In this document: in pieces, positions 34,171-47,284 of the stretch
Numbering within the stretch: position 1 is the first letter of the stretch
How the letters are laid out: each line of letters opens with the position of its first letter
Origin: Mobula birostris
Lineage: Eukaryota
Assembly (NCBI RefSeq): GCF_030028105.1
Contig: NC_092391.1
Location: 24,773,223 to 24,837,222 of the forward strand
Length of the DNA: 64,000 nucleotides
Reading direction: 5' to 3'
Position numbers and translations under genes: made by a program
Notes under the pieces: model-generated
What the model was told of the DNA's origin: nothing
What the model saw: only the letters and a program-made list of their open reading frames with translations
Database searches by the model: none

Positions 34171-36249
34171 GTAAACCAGAAGTGGCTACTGGTGATCATG
34201 TTATTTAGTATTTCCAAACTACTTGGCTTTGTGAAGTTTACACTCATGTTTGACTGTTTAGTGTTAGCAATTTGTTGTCAAAACATTTAAATTTCTGCCT
34301 CTCTGGCTATTAGTTTTGTTTTCTGTATGTTCATTTTTTGACTATAAACTTGATTTAATTTTCTTTCCCCTTTTCACTTGAACACCAACAAATCGGTGTT
34401 GGTTTCCTTGAAACCAGGACTTTCTCCTTTCATATACTAGTTGTTAAGCGTATACATGGCACTGGCATCAGTTACATATATATTTGTGGATGCAAGCACA
34501 GTTGTTAAGCTGACCATGCAATAGACACTCCTTCTCTAAGAGCTTTATGCCCTCAATTAGATTTGCAATGCCCTTTCTGTGTCTCAATTAAAGACTGCAG
34601 CACACAATCACAAGACTCCGACATTTTAAAAGATTTTCATTCGCTGCCGCACACAAGTAGTCTTGGAGATAGGTTTCTGTTAAGTTTCTTTTCAAATCTC
34701 ACTCCTGTTTTTGTTATTTTCCATGTTTCCCAATTTTTGCCCAAAATGTAAAGGTTCCCAAGATTTTTTTTTACAAATAACAACAAAGGGGGAAAAAGGA
34801 CTTGCTCTGCCCTTGGGTATTTTCTATCAAGACCCATTCCATACGTGTGAGCAAAAAGAAATCTGGGCTCGTGCTACAGAGCAGCATTGAGGGAGCACTG
34901 CGCTATCAGAACTGCCACCTCGCAACTGACAGAATAAGGCCAGTTCTGCCATTTTACAGAGATCCTTAGGCACTGTTTCGAAGAAGGAAAGGTTGTTTAT
35001 CTGAATATCAATGCCAATGGCTATTTTTATTTTAAATGGGCATTATCATTTTACTGTTGTAGGGACAGTAATTAGCTGCCTTATTTCCCAAGTTACAACA
35101 ACGGTCACACAATAGTTGCAAACCACAGAGGAAACCTCTTATCAGGTTTGTGTAAACTACAATATAAATATGCTTTTTTTTGCTTCCGGTACCAAATGGG
35201 ATCCACAGTTTGAACAGTTATTTCAACTTTGCTCCCTGGGAAGTGCATGAGTTAAGATGATTTTTCCCTTTCCTCCTCTTTACCCTGCAAAGGGCAAATT
35301 GCTACTAGCCAGTTTCCTTCTGTTGGTATATGAGCAAATCTGGGCATAAACTCTGTTCAGATTGCTGCCCTGGAATATCTGCTTTAACCGCAGTCAACAG
35401 TTTATTTGGATTTCTTTTCCAGTAAATTTTACCATCAGCATAATTTTGCTGATGTTAAAATTATTTCCTTAGTTTTTTTTTGAAAAGGTAATATTTAAAA
35501 ATGTATCATCTTTAACATTTTCTTTATTAATTTAGGAACAGTTAATACAAGTGAAAGTATTTAATGGCAAAAGTAAACACTTTTAATTGAAGTAATTCAC
35601 CTAGAAAGTCATATGGAGACACTTAGTATTTATGCTTGTGTATAGTAATAATTTTCTTTGTAAATGTAAAAATAAATAGTGTTGCTAGTGTATTGTTTTA
35701 ATATTAAGTCTCCTCAAATGCCTGCAAACGTAGGTTAACAGATACTCGATGATAATTTATTTTTAACCAGTTTCTCTTATGGTGCTAACATGAACACTTG
35801 ATGGAAAACCAAATTGTGTTTAAATTCTGCATCCTTTTGTGCTGGTGTCACTGATCTTCAGGCAAAAAGAAATTATAGCTCAATGGGAACTCTAGTCCAT
35901 GGTTTCCACATACTTTTGTATTCTCAAATTTTCCGGTTACCTAACCTTGTCCAAGAGAGTGATCCCTTCTGCCAATGTCGGTATGTTAGACAGACAAGAA
36001 TGACATGGAGACCCCTTTGAATTTTTGCCCTGTTACCCACAGTTATTTGGCTGCCCTGAATGATCTCTGAATGCCAGCCCAGCCGTCAGTGGTACAGTTA
36101 CGCACACGGCCAATTGCAGGTGCAAACATTGTATTTGAGCATGTGGTTGGCAAAGACTGGAACCCTTGATGTGGATTTGGAATGCAAGTTAAAACATGCC
36201 ATTTTTTACTCTGTCTTTTTCTCTCTTCCTCTCTCATTGGAATACTTAG

Positions 36250-36402
36250 GGACAAAAACTTAAATAAGGTGGTATCATACTACCCAGAGATGAAATCAAA
36301 AGATATCAAGGGAAAGGAAATCACTGAATATAACAACAAGTACTGGGTGATGCTGGAGGATCAGGATGAAAAGCAATACTATCCCAATAAGGAGGCAAGG
36401 AA
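36250..36402 (+). CDS. PTGES2: PTGES2 exon 4
   Basis: ttag|G GAC...AGG AA|gtacgt. Encodes YYPEMKSKDIKGKEITEYNNKYWVML. Phase 2-2. Confidence 0.93.
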
Positions 36403-37598
36403 GTACGTATACAGGAATATCAATGACACCCATCATTTTATTACTATATATTATAAGTACTGCTCGTTCCAACTAGGACAGACTTCTGTATCATTCGGTG
36501 CATGCCCTCTTGGCCAAACCTGTTGGTTTTGCAATAATTATTTTTTAATTCAGTTCCTGTCTTTTTAAATGTTACATTCAGCTGAATTTTCCTCCACTCC
36601 TCCCTCGCCCCCCCCAACTTCTTTCCCTATTTGAATAAATGGCTGAAGATCTTATCCTGCTGTTTGAAGTGTTTAGCAACTTTTTTTGTCCACTAACTAA
36701 TGTCCCCAGCCTTTGGTCACTAATGTTTGCTGAATCATAAAGGCTGCCATGTTTTTTTTTGTGTCAGTGAAACATTATATTCAACATTTCATATGTAGTA
36801 ACAATGATACAGCAGCGTGGTTTGTTGTTGACTCTTTATTATCATCTGTGATTATTTGCCTGAGAATGTATCACAGATTTCATGCTACTATTGCAAAGTT
36901 GTGAAACTTGTCAGCCTCTTGGCCCTTGCATTTCTTATTTGCCGATTTATCCAATTGCAGTTCCCATCAGAGTGATTTTTTAAAAAATCTCTGGTGTTGG
37001 TAGAGGTTGGAAGGTAGTGGGAAAGTTGCTGGTTACTCACTGTCATAAAGGTCAATATAACTATTATTGCTTGGTTTCCACCATCAACATGTTATAAACT
37101 ACTCAGTCCTAAATCAGATCTCTTGTACTTAGAAGCCTGTATTGTATCTGTTCAAAGATGTATTTTCAGGTTCTCGGTGTCCCTGGTCAAATTTGCATTT
37201 GCCCAATACCTTGAGAAAGCAATGATAGATCATTTTCTTGAATTGCTGGATTTTGTGTGCAAGGCGTCCTCATTGTGCCGTTTTATGAGGAGTCCCCACC
37301 ATTTGGCCCAGTTTCAGTGATGGAACTGTCTATACACATCTGAGCTGGTCTAGGGGTGTGGTTTGCTGGTGATGTTGTTAATGTGCCCATGAACGGAAAG
37401 AGAAGAACAGGAATTTGATTTTAACTGTTTTTGCAGGGGATTTATTATGAAATACACACATTGTATACACATGCCTTCCCCATATAATTCTCAATTATTG
37501 GAGGAGAGATGGGCCAATATGAACTTCTTCCTATCTTTTCCCCCCAGTCCACGCATGCCCCTGTACATTCTCTAGGCTGCGACCCATGATAATGGTAA

Positions 37599-37889
<291 letters not shown>

Positions 37890-38034
37890 TAGAGTACTTA
37901 ATTAAGTCCAGGTACCTGGACACCACTTGAAACAGATATATCACATTCTTTGACTGTTAGGCTAAAGTGAAGCGTTTTGACCTGTGCCTCGTCTTACAAG
38001 AATGCGCTGAACCTGTGCCCTTGCTGGTTTTCAG

Positions 38035-38152
38035 ACACAATCTTCGCGATGATGTGCGGCAGGACCTGTACAAAGCAGTCAATGAATGGATTGCTGCTGT
38101 GGGCAACCACAGGCCATTTATGGGTGGAAATGTGCCCAACCTTGCTGACTTG
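38035..38152 (+). CDS. PTGES2: PTGES2 exon 6
   Basis: tcag|A CAC...TTG|gtaaga. Encodes HNLRDDVRQDLYKAVNEWIAAVG...FMGGNVPNLADL. Confidence 0.96.
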
Positions 38153-38249
38153 GTAAGAGCAAGTTCACTTTGGATTATATTTGGGTGTCCTGATTCCACA
38201 GCTAACTTTAAATAATATTTGAACAGGTTGTGCCTCTGGAAAAGAGAAG

Positions 38250-38790
38250 TGGCCTCACTTGGTAGTATTTTGAGCAAGTTTGGGCCCCTTATCTTATCTG
38301 GAGAGGGTTCAAAGGAGGTTCATGAAAATGATTAAGTGGCTTGTCATATGAAGAGCGTTTGATGACTCTTTGCCTGTGTTCTCTGGAATTCAGAAGGATG
38401 AACGGTGACCTAATTGAAACCTGTTGAATGTTGAAAGGCCTCGATAGAGTGGATATGGAGAGGATGTTTCCTATTGTGGGAGGGTCTAGGACCAGAGGAC
38501 ATGGCCTCAGAATAAAGGGGTGTCCTTTTAGTACAGAGATGAGGAGGAATTTCTTTAGCCAGAGAGTGCTGAATCTGTGGAATTCGTTGCCACAGGCAGC
38601 TGTGAAGTCCAAGTCTTTACATATATTTAAGGCAGAGTTTGATAGATTCTTGATTTTTCAAGGCATGAAGGGATACAGGGAGAAGACAGGAGGTTGGGGC
38701 TGAAAGGAAAATTGGATCAGCCATGATGAAATGGCAAAGCAGGCTCAATGGGCCAAATGGCCTAATTCTGCTCTTGTATCTTAAGGTCTT
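38250..38790 (+). mobile_element. CR1 LINE 3' end in PTGES2 intron 6
   Basis: The ORF ...RTRGHGLRIKG...RNFFSQRVLNLWNSLP is the CR1 ORF2 C-terminus, followed by a CR1-type 3' UTR. Confidence 0.88.
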
Positions 38791-38795
38791 TGTAG

Positions 38796-39035
<240 letters not shown>

Positions 39036-39713
39036 ATGTTATGATGGTTTTGAATGGACCACAGGATAAATCTGGAGAAAAGAATGAGTTTTGTTTAAAA
39101 GCTGAATCACAAAACACTCATCCTTTGTTAAAAGTAAGTGTGAATTAGAGCAATGCTATATCTGTATCTTAACTCTGGTCTGAAGCAAATATCGGGGCAA
39201 GCCTGAACCTAAAATAAAACTGGCAAATGTAGTCGTGCGCTGTTTTGCTCCAAACTCTGTTCAGGTATTACTATGCTTATTCTGCTTACAGATGATTGTA
39301 GGGGAAAACTGTTGTGTTCTCATTTCGAGTGAAAGAGCATCTATAAAGATGTTCATTTAAAAAAGAATGGGCCAATGAGAACAATAAACCATAGCTTTAA
39401 AAATCATGGCATTTATAAATTAAGCAGTCCGATGATTGTGAGCATTGAAATGAAAAACAAAAATAAAATTGACTACTGAATTGCACTGATAGTACACAGC
39501 AAATCCAATGTGCGATAGAGAATATAGACTAATAAACGTTTCTGTTGTGATACTTGAGAACTGGTAAAAGTAATCACTTTTTAAAAATAAGTACAAGGAA
39601 CAGAAGAGAAATCAGAACCAAAAAACAGATATTAAATTATTGATAAGACTATTATATACATATATGTTGCTCTTTCCTTGGTCTTTTATTTGAGTGCTAT
39701 TTATTTTCTTTCT

Positions 39714-39995
39714 GTGTAGCGGTTAGCGTGATGCTATTCAGGTCAGGGTTTTCCGGAGTTCAGAGATCAATTCTGGCACTGTCTGTAATGAGTTTGTACC
39801 TTCTGCCCGTGACCACATGGGTTTCATCTGGCTGCTCCGGTTTCCTCTCACAGTCTAAAGATGTACCAGTTAGTAGGTTGATTGGTCATTGTAAATTGTT
39901 TTGTGATTAGGCTAGTGTTAAATAGGTGGGTAGGGGTTGCTGGGTTGCTGCTCATTGGGCTGGAAGGGCCTATTCCACACTGTATCAGTAAATAA
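39714..39995 (+). mobile_element. V-SINE-like SINE
   Basis: GTGTAGCGGTTAGCG head; GCTCCGGTTTCCTCTCACAGTCTAAAGATGT body; GAAGGGCCTATTCC tail. Confidence 0.75.
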
Positions 39996-41915
39996 CAATT
40001 CACTACCTGAGTGTAGAAGAGTATTCCTCAAGGTCCTATCCAGTACTTACTCCTGCAATAATATAACCAGATTATCTGATCACCATCTTGTGGAATTGTT
40101 CATTTTGCAATTGGCTGCCATGTTTTTTAACATTACGACAATTGCTGACCTCAAACTGTTTTCTTGGCTCTAAAACAATTTGGTATGACCCAAGATTATA
40201 AAAGGTGCTGTATAAATGTAAATTCTCTCTCTCTCTCCTTTTTACATAGCAACAATTTCCTTTAATGCTACAGAACATACAATTACCCTAATGCATGATC
40301 TCCCATTTAGATGTACCTTGATTCATGGTTTCCATCCTTTTAGTTAATTGGAAAAAAAGGTCAATGCTGATCCTTTGTAGATTGTCTGCAGCTTAGCAGT
40401 CCTGGAATCACAGTAATCTGTATATTTCCTTGGAAGTGTAATTTGTCCATTACATAGTTTGTCATATCTAACCTCTCCTGTGTTTTTCTCCCCACCTGTT
40501 CCTATTTCTCCTGATGTTTAACCACTTTCAGTTGTATTTTGTTGGTTCAGCAAAACTCAGGTTTCTCTAAAGGCAGTTTATTTTATGAGATCATATCAAA
40601 ATCTTATTATATACTTGATGTATCTTTTGATGGTTTTGATTTTCCTAGACTGGTTGAGATGGAGTCTCTTCAAACATAATTGGGAACTTGGGATTAAGGG
40701 GAATTGTTTGCTGCATTTGTAGATGGATGACACAGTATTTAATAAAAGAATGCTTTTTACTAATGATTGTAATGATTTTAAATGTAATTGTAATATTGTT
40801 GGATTGCAGAAGGCAATAACTCAGAGTTATGAATTCAACATTATAAGTGGGAACAGGGGTATGGGATAGTATGGGAACAGTGTATCTCCAGTATGGGAAT
40901 AGTATATTCCTAGTACGGGCTACAGTATTCCAGGATTTAGACCAAGCAACAATGAAGGAACAGCAATCTATTTCCAGATCAGGATGATCATGGATTTGTT
41001 CTGCTTTTTATGAACTGTACATTTTTGGGGCACTTTCATATCAACATTAGTGTCCCTCAATAAACTAAATGAGATTTATAATCCCTTTTTATAGTGCCTA
41101 ACTAATACACCATTTCTAACTCCCCTTTTGTGCAGACTTTGCCTTTGTTCTTGTGGTTAAATTACTCTCACAATACTGTAGAGTAGGAGTTTGACAGACT
41201 TTGACTTTGAGGCAGTTGTGACCCGTACAAGCTGAGAGGTGGCTGGCCTCATGACACACCCTCCAGCCTCAGTCTTTGTGATTTAACCTGGGTTTTTATT
41301 TAATTGTTGTGTGTGGTATGGCTGCCCCATCAAATATAGATGGCAACTACAATTGAAAAATAAATGACCTGTGAAATGCTTTGAGATATCTTGGAAGTGA
41401 AGAGATTTAACTGTAATAGCATAGTAAAATATCCCAAGGAGTGTCACAGAAGGAAAACTGACAGCAATAAAATTAAACAATTATTATGGAACTTAACCAA
41501 TGAGGTAGATTTTCAAAAGGGAAAAAAAAGCAAAAACAAAACTACAGATGTTGAAAATGTGAAATAAAAACTGAAAAGGTCTTTTTCATGAGCATCCATT
41601 GAGAGGCAATTGAACTGAAACATTAAGCCTTTTTCTCTCTCCATAAATGTTGCCTGCCCTGTTGAATATATCCAGCACTTTCGTGGTTTATAGAATATCT
41701 TGAAGGTTGAAAGCAAAGTGAAATGGTGTTGGTTCAGGCAGTGATTACAATAAGGAATAAGCAAAAGGAGAGGAATAAACCAGCTCGTATAGTTAATTAG
41801 AGGTGTTATGGAATCAAAGTGAGGTAGTGGAGGCAAATGAAAGGTATGAATTTTAAATTTGAGAGGTGTTACCTTTAGTTTCATATGAGTAAAATAATTT
41901 CAAGTTATATAATCA

Positions 41916-42044
41916 ATAGTCCTGACGAAGGGTTCCGGCCCAAAATGTCGACCGATCTTTTCCGCTGATGCTGCCCGACCTGCTGAGTTCCTCCAGCATG
42001 TTGTGAGCGTTGCTTTGACCCCAGCACCTGCAGATTATTTTGTG
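41916..42044 (+). mobile_element. 129-bp Penelope terminal-repeat insertion with a minimal hammerhead motif
   Basis: 10-bp TSD TATATAATCA (41906-41915, 42045-42054). Contains AGTC-CTGACGA-AGGGTTCCGGCCC-AAAA-T-GTC-GAC. Confidence 0.75.
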
Positions 42045-42861
42045 TATATAATCAGGAATTACTGGAAAGTTCAAGCAGTTCAGTTCTGTGCAATGAGTAT
42101 TTGGGTTAAATAAGTATTAATCAGAGCTGGGAAAAAAATAAAGATTAAACAAGAACAAGGAAGTGGACAGGAAAGGACAATGCAAAGAGTCTCTGACGGG
42201 ATGGAAGTTAGGGGATGAAAGTTGAGGATAAAGGCAGAGGGAGAAGCTGCACCAATAAAGCAACAAAATTTGTGACCAAATGAGGTGCAAGTGATCACTG
42301 AAACCATGGCTGCACCACATCAATTAGAGTTGCTAATGATGCTGAATGCTGATGCCTATTTGTGATCTGTTTTAGAAATGGAGGGGGGGTGAAATTATTG
42401 TTATGATCTCAGCTGCTGACAGATGGTAAAGTGCCAAGCTAAAAACGGTGGTTTTCTCTGAACTTGTGCAAGTTTTATTATAAGTGCAAGTGTAGTCTAG
42501 TATAAAAACATGCTGTAAAAACTTCTGCTGTGCAGATATATAAATTGACAATATTTTAGCTAATGGCAGATCAGGTTACTAACAGACTGAGACTGGAGAA
42601 ATTACCTTGGGGAATAAGGAAATGGCAGAGAACTAAATAAATATTTTGAGTGAGTGGGTCTTCATAAGATATTGCCACCATGTATTTTATTTTAAATTTC
42701 TATATCTGTAGTGTGTTTTTTTTTCTTTTTTTTGTGTTGGGAATGACCACTTAGAATTTCTCACATTCTGACATCTTTAAAGCTAAAGCACTTTCACGGT
42801 AACTGCATCCTCATTTTCCAGTTTTGACAAAGGGCCTTAAAACTGAAAAGTTAACTTTGTT

Positions 42862-43029
42862 CACAAACAAGAGAAAATCTGCAGATGCTGAAAATCCAAG
42901 CAACACACGCAAAATGCTGGGGGAACTCAGCAAGCCAGGCAGCATTTATGGATAAAAAAGTACTGTCGATATTTCGGCCGAGACCCTTCAGCAGGACCTG
43001 AGTTCCTCCAGCATTTTGTGTGTGTTGCT
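42862..43029 (-). mobile_element. Penelope terminal-repeat copy with a short inverted segment, nested in an older copy
   Basis: Same repeat family. Followed by inverted CTGAGTTCCTCCAGCATTTTGTG. AAGTTAACT(T/C)TG is duplicated at 42848 and 43030. Confidence 0.7.
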
Positions 43030-43549
43030 AAGTTAACTCTGCTTCTCTTTCCACACAGCCTGACTTGCTGAGTATTTTAATTTATGTGCCAGGCCTGAGA
43101 TTGGGCAATCCTGTGATTACAATATCGTTGGCATCAGTATTTCCCATAAATTACCCGATAATCTCCTCCCCAGAAAAGAATGTTAACCACAATCGATCTC
43201 CAGCGGGTTATTATGGCCCGGAGAGAATATTGACCTGGAAAAATGACCGCTTGACGAAATTTGGATTGAGAAGAACAGACATAAAGACAATTAGAGACAA
43301 CCAGTAACAAACATAACTGGTCAAACAACCCATCCAGATCCAGACCATCCCGCATCAATCAGTGTTGCTAATGACGCTGAACGACGATGCCTATTGTAAT
43401 CTGTGACTGATTACCTCTGTCGTTTCTAATCATATACATGTTAATTATATTACATTCTTTACATTAAAACATATTTAGTAAATATACTTATCCTGCCCTA
43501 TATGCCTGGAAATGTAAAGACCAACAAGTTAATAAACGGCTATTAGTAG

Positions 43550-44420
43550 TTGGGTGGGTTGCCATGGTGATCCAACTGGAAGCGTAACCCGGAAGGTTTT
43601 CTCAGTAGGGTCAAGGGGAGAGCGAATCGGAGCGCAGCCGAGACCGTTGGGGCGATTTGAATGCATCAATTAGAAGAGAGCGGAGCGCATCCGGAAGTGA
43701 CGTAGAGGAGTGTGGCTGTCGGAAGTTGGGAAGCAGCCGAGAGCTCAGATCAATCGCTTCAATTGGCGGTATCGACGGGGATTTCGTATGGTAAGGTGCC
43801 GTCCACTCAACAAAACCGTGGCATCAATAACAAAAGGAAGGATCGTGTCTGTCTAATTAATTTACGCTTCAGCATTGCTCCCCAGTCCATGTTGCAAAGC
43901 GCGGCAGTGATTTCTGTGATACGACAAAGACTCCAGTCATTTCATGGCAACAGCAAGATCCCACTGTTAGTCGGTCGGTGGGTTATTTAGTGGATACAGT
44001 AACAGGGTCGGTGGTAGCGCAGTTGTGAGAGGTTTACATCTTCAGGGTGGTTGTGGACGAGGGCGGGGTGTACCTTACATTCATCCGAGGCCATCCCCTC
44101 TCGGCCTTAATCATTCCGAACGCTTCCTTGGATGAACCGCCAGCAATCATTGCCCTAAGTCTTCAGAGTCCAGGTTCACTCGTTTTCGGCCCAGTGTCCA
44201 TCCGCTGGGATTACGGACGGGGATGACGGTATTCCTTGGTTCCTAAATTTGATTTCGACGCACCCCGATGTGGGTAATCGGAACAAACATTAGTCCAAAT
44301 AACGATACTGACGTTCAATTCAATTTCAAAGTTAGATAATGTAGCAACCAGCCAGGTTTTCGTTTGGTGCACATATAGTGGAAATCTTGCGGCAGGCTTA
44401 GGGTGTGACCCAGTGCAAAG
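43550..44420 (+). promoter_or_regulatory. ODF2 CpG-rich promoter with RFX X-box and ETS-CRE motifs
   Basis: GTTGCCATGGTGAT (43558-43571), CCGGAAGTGACGT (43691-43703), CATGGCAAC (43943-43951) and GC box GAGGCGGGG (~44059). Exon-1 donor ATG|GTAAGG at 43790. Confidence 0.75.
43788..43790 (+). CDS. ODF2: ODF2 exon 1 terminal ATG (possible start codon)
   Basis: The ATG lies immediately before donor GTAAGG and splices in frame to 48817 (M-LRREMKTR). Whether it is used is unproven. Confidence 0.45.
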
Positions 44421-45134
44421 TGTTACCAACTGTGAAAGTGTAGTCACGGGCATTCATTTTTTTATGAAAAGGAAAAAGCAGGAGGCGCTCAACAGGTTAA
44501 GCAATAAATGCAGAGGGAAACAATTGCCATTTAAGATATCTGACCTTTCGTCAGAACTGTATTAATTCTCTAAAGATGAATGAACGTTATGGTGGAGTGG
44601 GTCTGGCTAGGCCTTCCTGAAGTGGTTGGAGGTCCAGTTGGACTTGACATTCTTGGTGAGCCGCTTGGATTAGGAAACCATTAAAATGGCGAAGGGTGTC
44701 ATGGATGTAGTGAAAAAGGGTCTAGACAAGGTGAGAAGGAATTAAGTTCTCTAGAACAGTCTGAAACATATTTGTTTTCTAAGACATTCCTACTTGGGGA
44801 TGTTGGGAGTGGGAAGGAGCAGAATGTCTGGTGTCTGAGGCTGAAGGCCATAAAGAGAAGAGCTTCAGAGGAAATGATGTCAGTGGGTGTCTTGGAAACA
44901 ATAGTCTGATATGCAGTGGTGATGTCATGGAACAGGTACAGGTGTCCAAGAGCTGTCAGTTGGCTTCTGCAAAGCTGAAGTTAGTTTGCTTGTAAATCCG
45001 CCTTTGTCAGTGATTTGATGACAATGTTGGAGTGTAGAGCTGCAAGTTCAGAGAGACATAGATCGTAAATAAGGGTGAGGAATAATCAGTCACTGCCTCA
45101 TCAGTAGTTAACAATTCCTCTATCTCTGCCGCAC

Positions 45135-46228
45135 CTGCTTTTAGGATGAGGTTTTTCATTCTAGAAGAGGGAGATGTCCTCCTTTTTCAAAGAAAACGGC
45201 TTCCCTACCTCCACCATCAACACTACCCTCAGCCATATCTCTTCCATCTCACGCATGTCTGCTCTCACCCCATCCTCCTGCCACCCTACCAGGGAAAGGG
45301 TTCCTCTTGTCCTCACCTACCACCCCACCTGCCTCCACGTCCAGCACATAATCCTTTGAAACTTATGCCACCTCCAATGCAATCTCACCACCAAGCTCAT
45401 CTTTTCCTCCTCCCTCCCCCCACTTTCTGCTTTCCACAGGGATCGCTCCCTCTGTGACTCACTTGTCTGTTTGTCCCTCCCCACTGTTCTCTCTCCTGGA
45501 ACTTAACCTTGCAAGTGTAAGCAAGTGCCACACCTACCCCTACACCTCTTCCCTCATATCATTAAGGGCCCCAAACAGCCCTTCCAGGTGAGGCGCCACT
45601 TCCCTATGAGTCTGTTGCGGTCATCTACTGTGTCCGGTGTGGCCTCCTGTATGTCGGTGAGACCCATCGTAGATTGGGAGACTGCTGAGCATCTACATTC
45701 CATCCACCAAGACAAGCCGGGATCTCTCAGTGGCCACCCATTTTAATTCTACTTCCCATTCCCATTCCAATATGTCCATCCATGGCCTCCTCCACTGTCA
45801 TGATGAAGCCACACTTAGACTGGAGGAAGAACACCTTGTATTCCGTTTGGGTAGCTTCCAAGCTGATAGCGTGAACATCGATATCTTGAATTTCTGGTAA
45901 TGCCTTCCAACCACCCCCCTTCACCATTTCCCATCCCCTTGTCCCTCTCTCACTTTATCTCCTTGCCCGCCCATCATCTCTCTCTGGTATTTCTCCACCC
46001 CCACCCCCTTTTTCTTTCTTCCATGGCCTTCTGTCTCTTTCACCAGCTTTTTAGTTTATCCCTCCCCCTCCAGGTTTCCCCTATCATTTGGTGTTTCTCT
46101 CTCCCCTCCCCCCATCTTTAAATCTGCTCCTAGTCCTGCCAAAATGTTTTGACCCGAAACGTCGACTGTACTTTTTTCCATAGATGCTGCCTGGCCTGCA
46201 GAGTTCCTCCAGCATTTTGTGTGTGTAA
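45135..46228 (+). mobile_element. Penelope-like element 3' part (GIY-YIG endonuclease remnant and terminal repeat)
   Basis: RERVPLVLTYHPT linker and IYCVRCGLLYVGET GIY-YIG-like motif (~45623-45664). Ends in the GACCCGAAACGTCGAC...CCTCCAGCATTTTGTG repeat. Confidence 0.85.
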
Positions 46229-46715
46229 CAATGATCAATTTTCTTTTGAGGGGAAAAAGCCAGAAACGGTGTCCAAATTGATTAGAAATTCCAGAGATGG
46301 GAGAGAGGAGGCCACAAAGGTGCAGTTAATAGAGCATCACCCTCACAACAAAGATGCTGTCTCTGTAGAGCTTGCATATCCTTCATGCTGATTGCTTGGC
46401 CACTATAAATTGCCCATAGTGGTTAGGCAAGTGGGTGAATCTGGGGAGAGATCTTCAGTATGGAGAGGATTTTTTTTTAAAAAAGCACTCTTGTAAAATG
46501 AGTATGAACAATTGGTGGTCAGAGTGGACTTGGTGAGTCGATAAACCTGTTTCTGTACTCCATCTTTTTATGACTGTGATTTCTGCACAATGGGGAAGGC
46601 GCTGAGTGCTGAATTCATTAAGATGGAATATGGGGAGGAGCTTAAGGCTTCTGGTAAGGACTGGTCTTTTGAGTTCAGGAAAAGGAAGACGAGAGAGATA
46701 GTGGAAACGTGACGG

Positions 46716-46785
46716 GATGGAACTGGAGCAAACTGTCAGGTCAGAGGACAGATGGAACTTGAGCAAACTGTCGGGTCAGAAGACA
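46716..46785. repeat. 35-bp tandem duplication
   Basis: GATGGAACTGGAGCAAACTGTCAGGTCAGAGGACA followed by GATGGAACTTGAGCAAACTGTCGGGTCAGAAGACA. Confidence 0.9.
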
Positions 46786-47284
46786 GCAAAGGGAAGAAAG
46801 ATCTGCATGAGTATTAGAATTAGAGTTATTGAAGACTGCAAACTTCAATGTGAGAGAAAAATATGTTTTGTTTAAACACCAAATATTGCAAGGGATAAAT
46901 GGAACAATAAAACTGCTTTTAAATTGGTTGAGTTGGTACAATTGTACAGTGAGATGAAGGACAGGCACATGAATTTCAATAACAGCAAAAATTATGCCTG
47001 CAAAAGTGTTGAATAGCTTAAACATGCCTGTCATTGAAGGTGAGTCTGAATTGTGGAATCCACTTAACATACATTGGAATAAGAGAGAGTTCTCAAAGAA
47101 AGGGATATGGCTGTATAAACTAGTTTTGGTCAATGCCTTAAAAAAAAAAGCAAGGGAACAGCCATTGAAGGCAAGCAAGGTTTAAAATAAAAAGACAAAC
47201 AATTATTTTTGGTGAGCTGTTTCATCCTGGACATTCCCAATTGTGAACTAAATAATATTGAAATAACAGAAAATACAGGAAGTA

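Noticed and set aside
40848-40932. Degenerate ~21-bp minisatellite (AGTATGGGAA-like units)
   Set aside because: Short and irregular with no sign of function; ordinary slippage repeat.
46716-46785. CRISPR-like repeat
   Set aside because: Two adjacent 35-bp copies with no spacer, in a eukaryotic intron; a simple tandem duplication.
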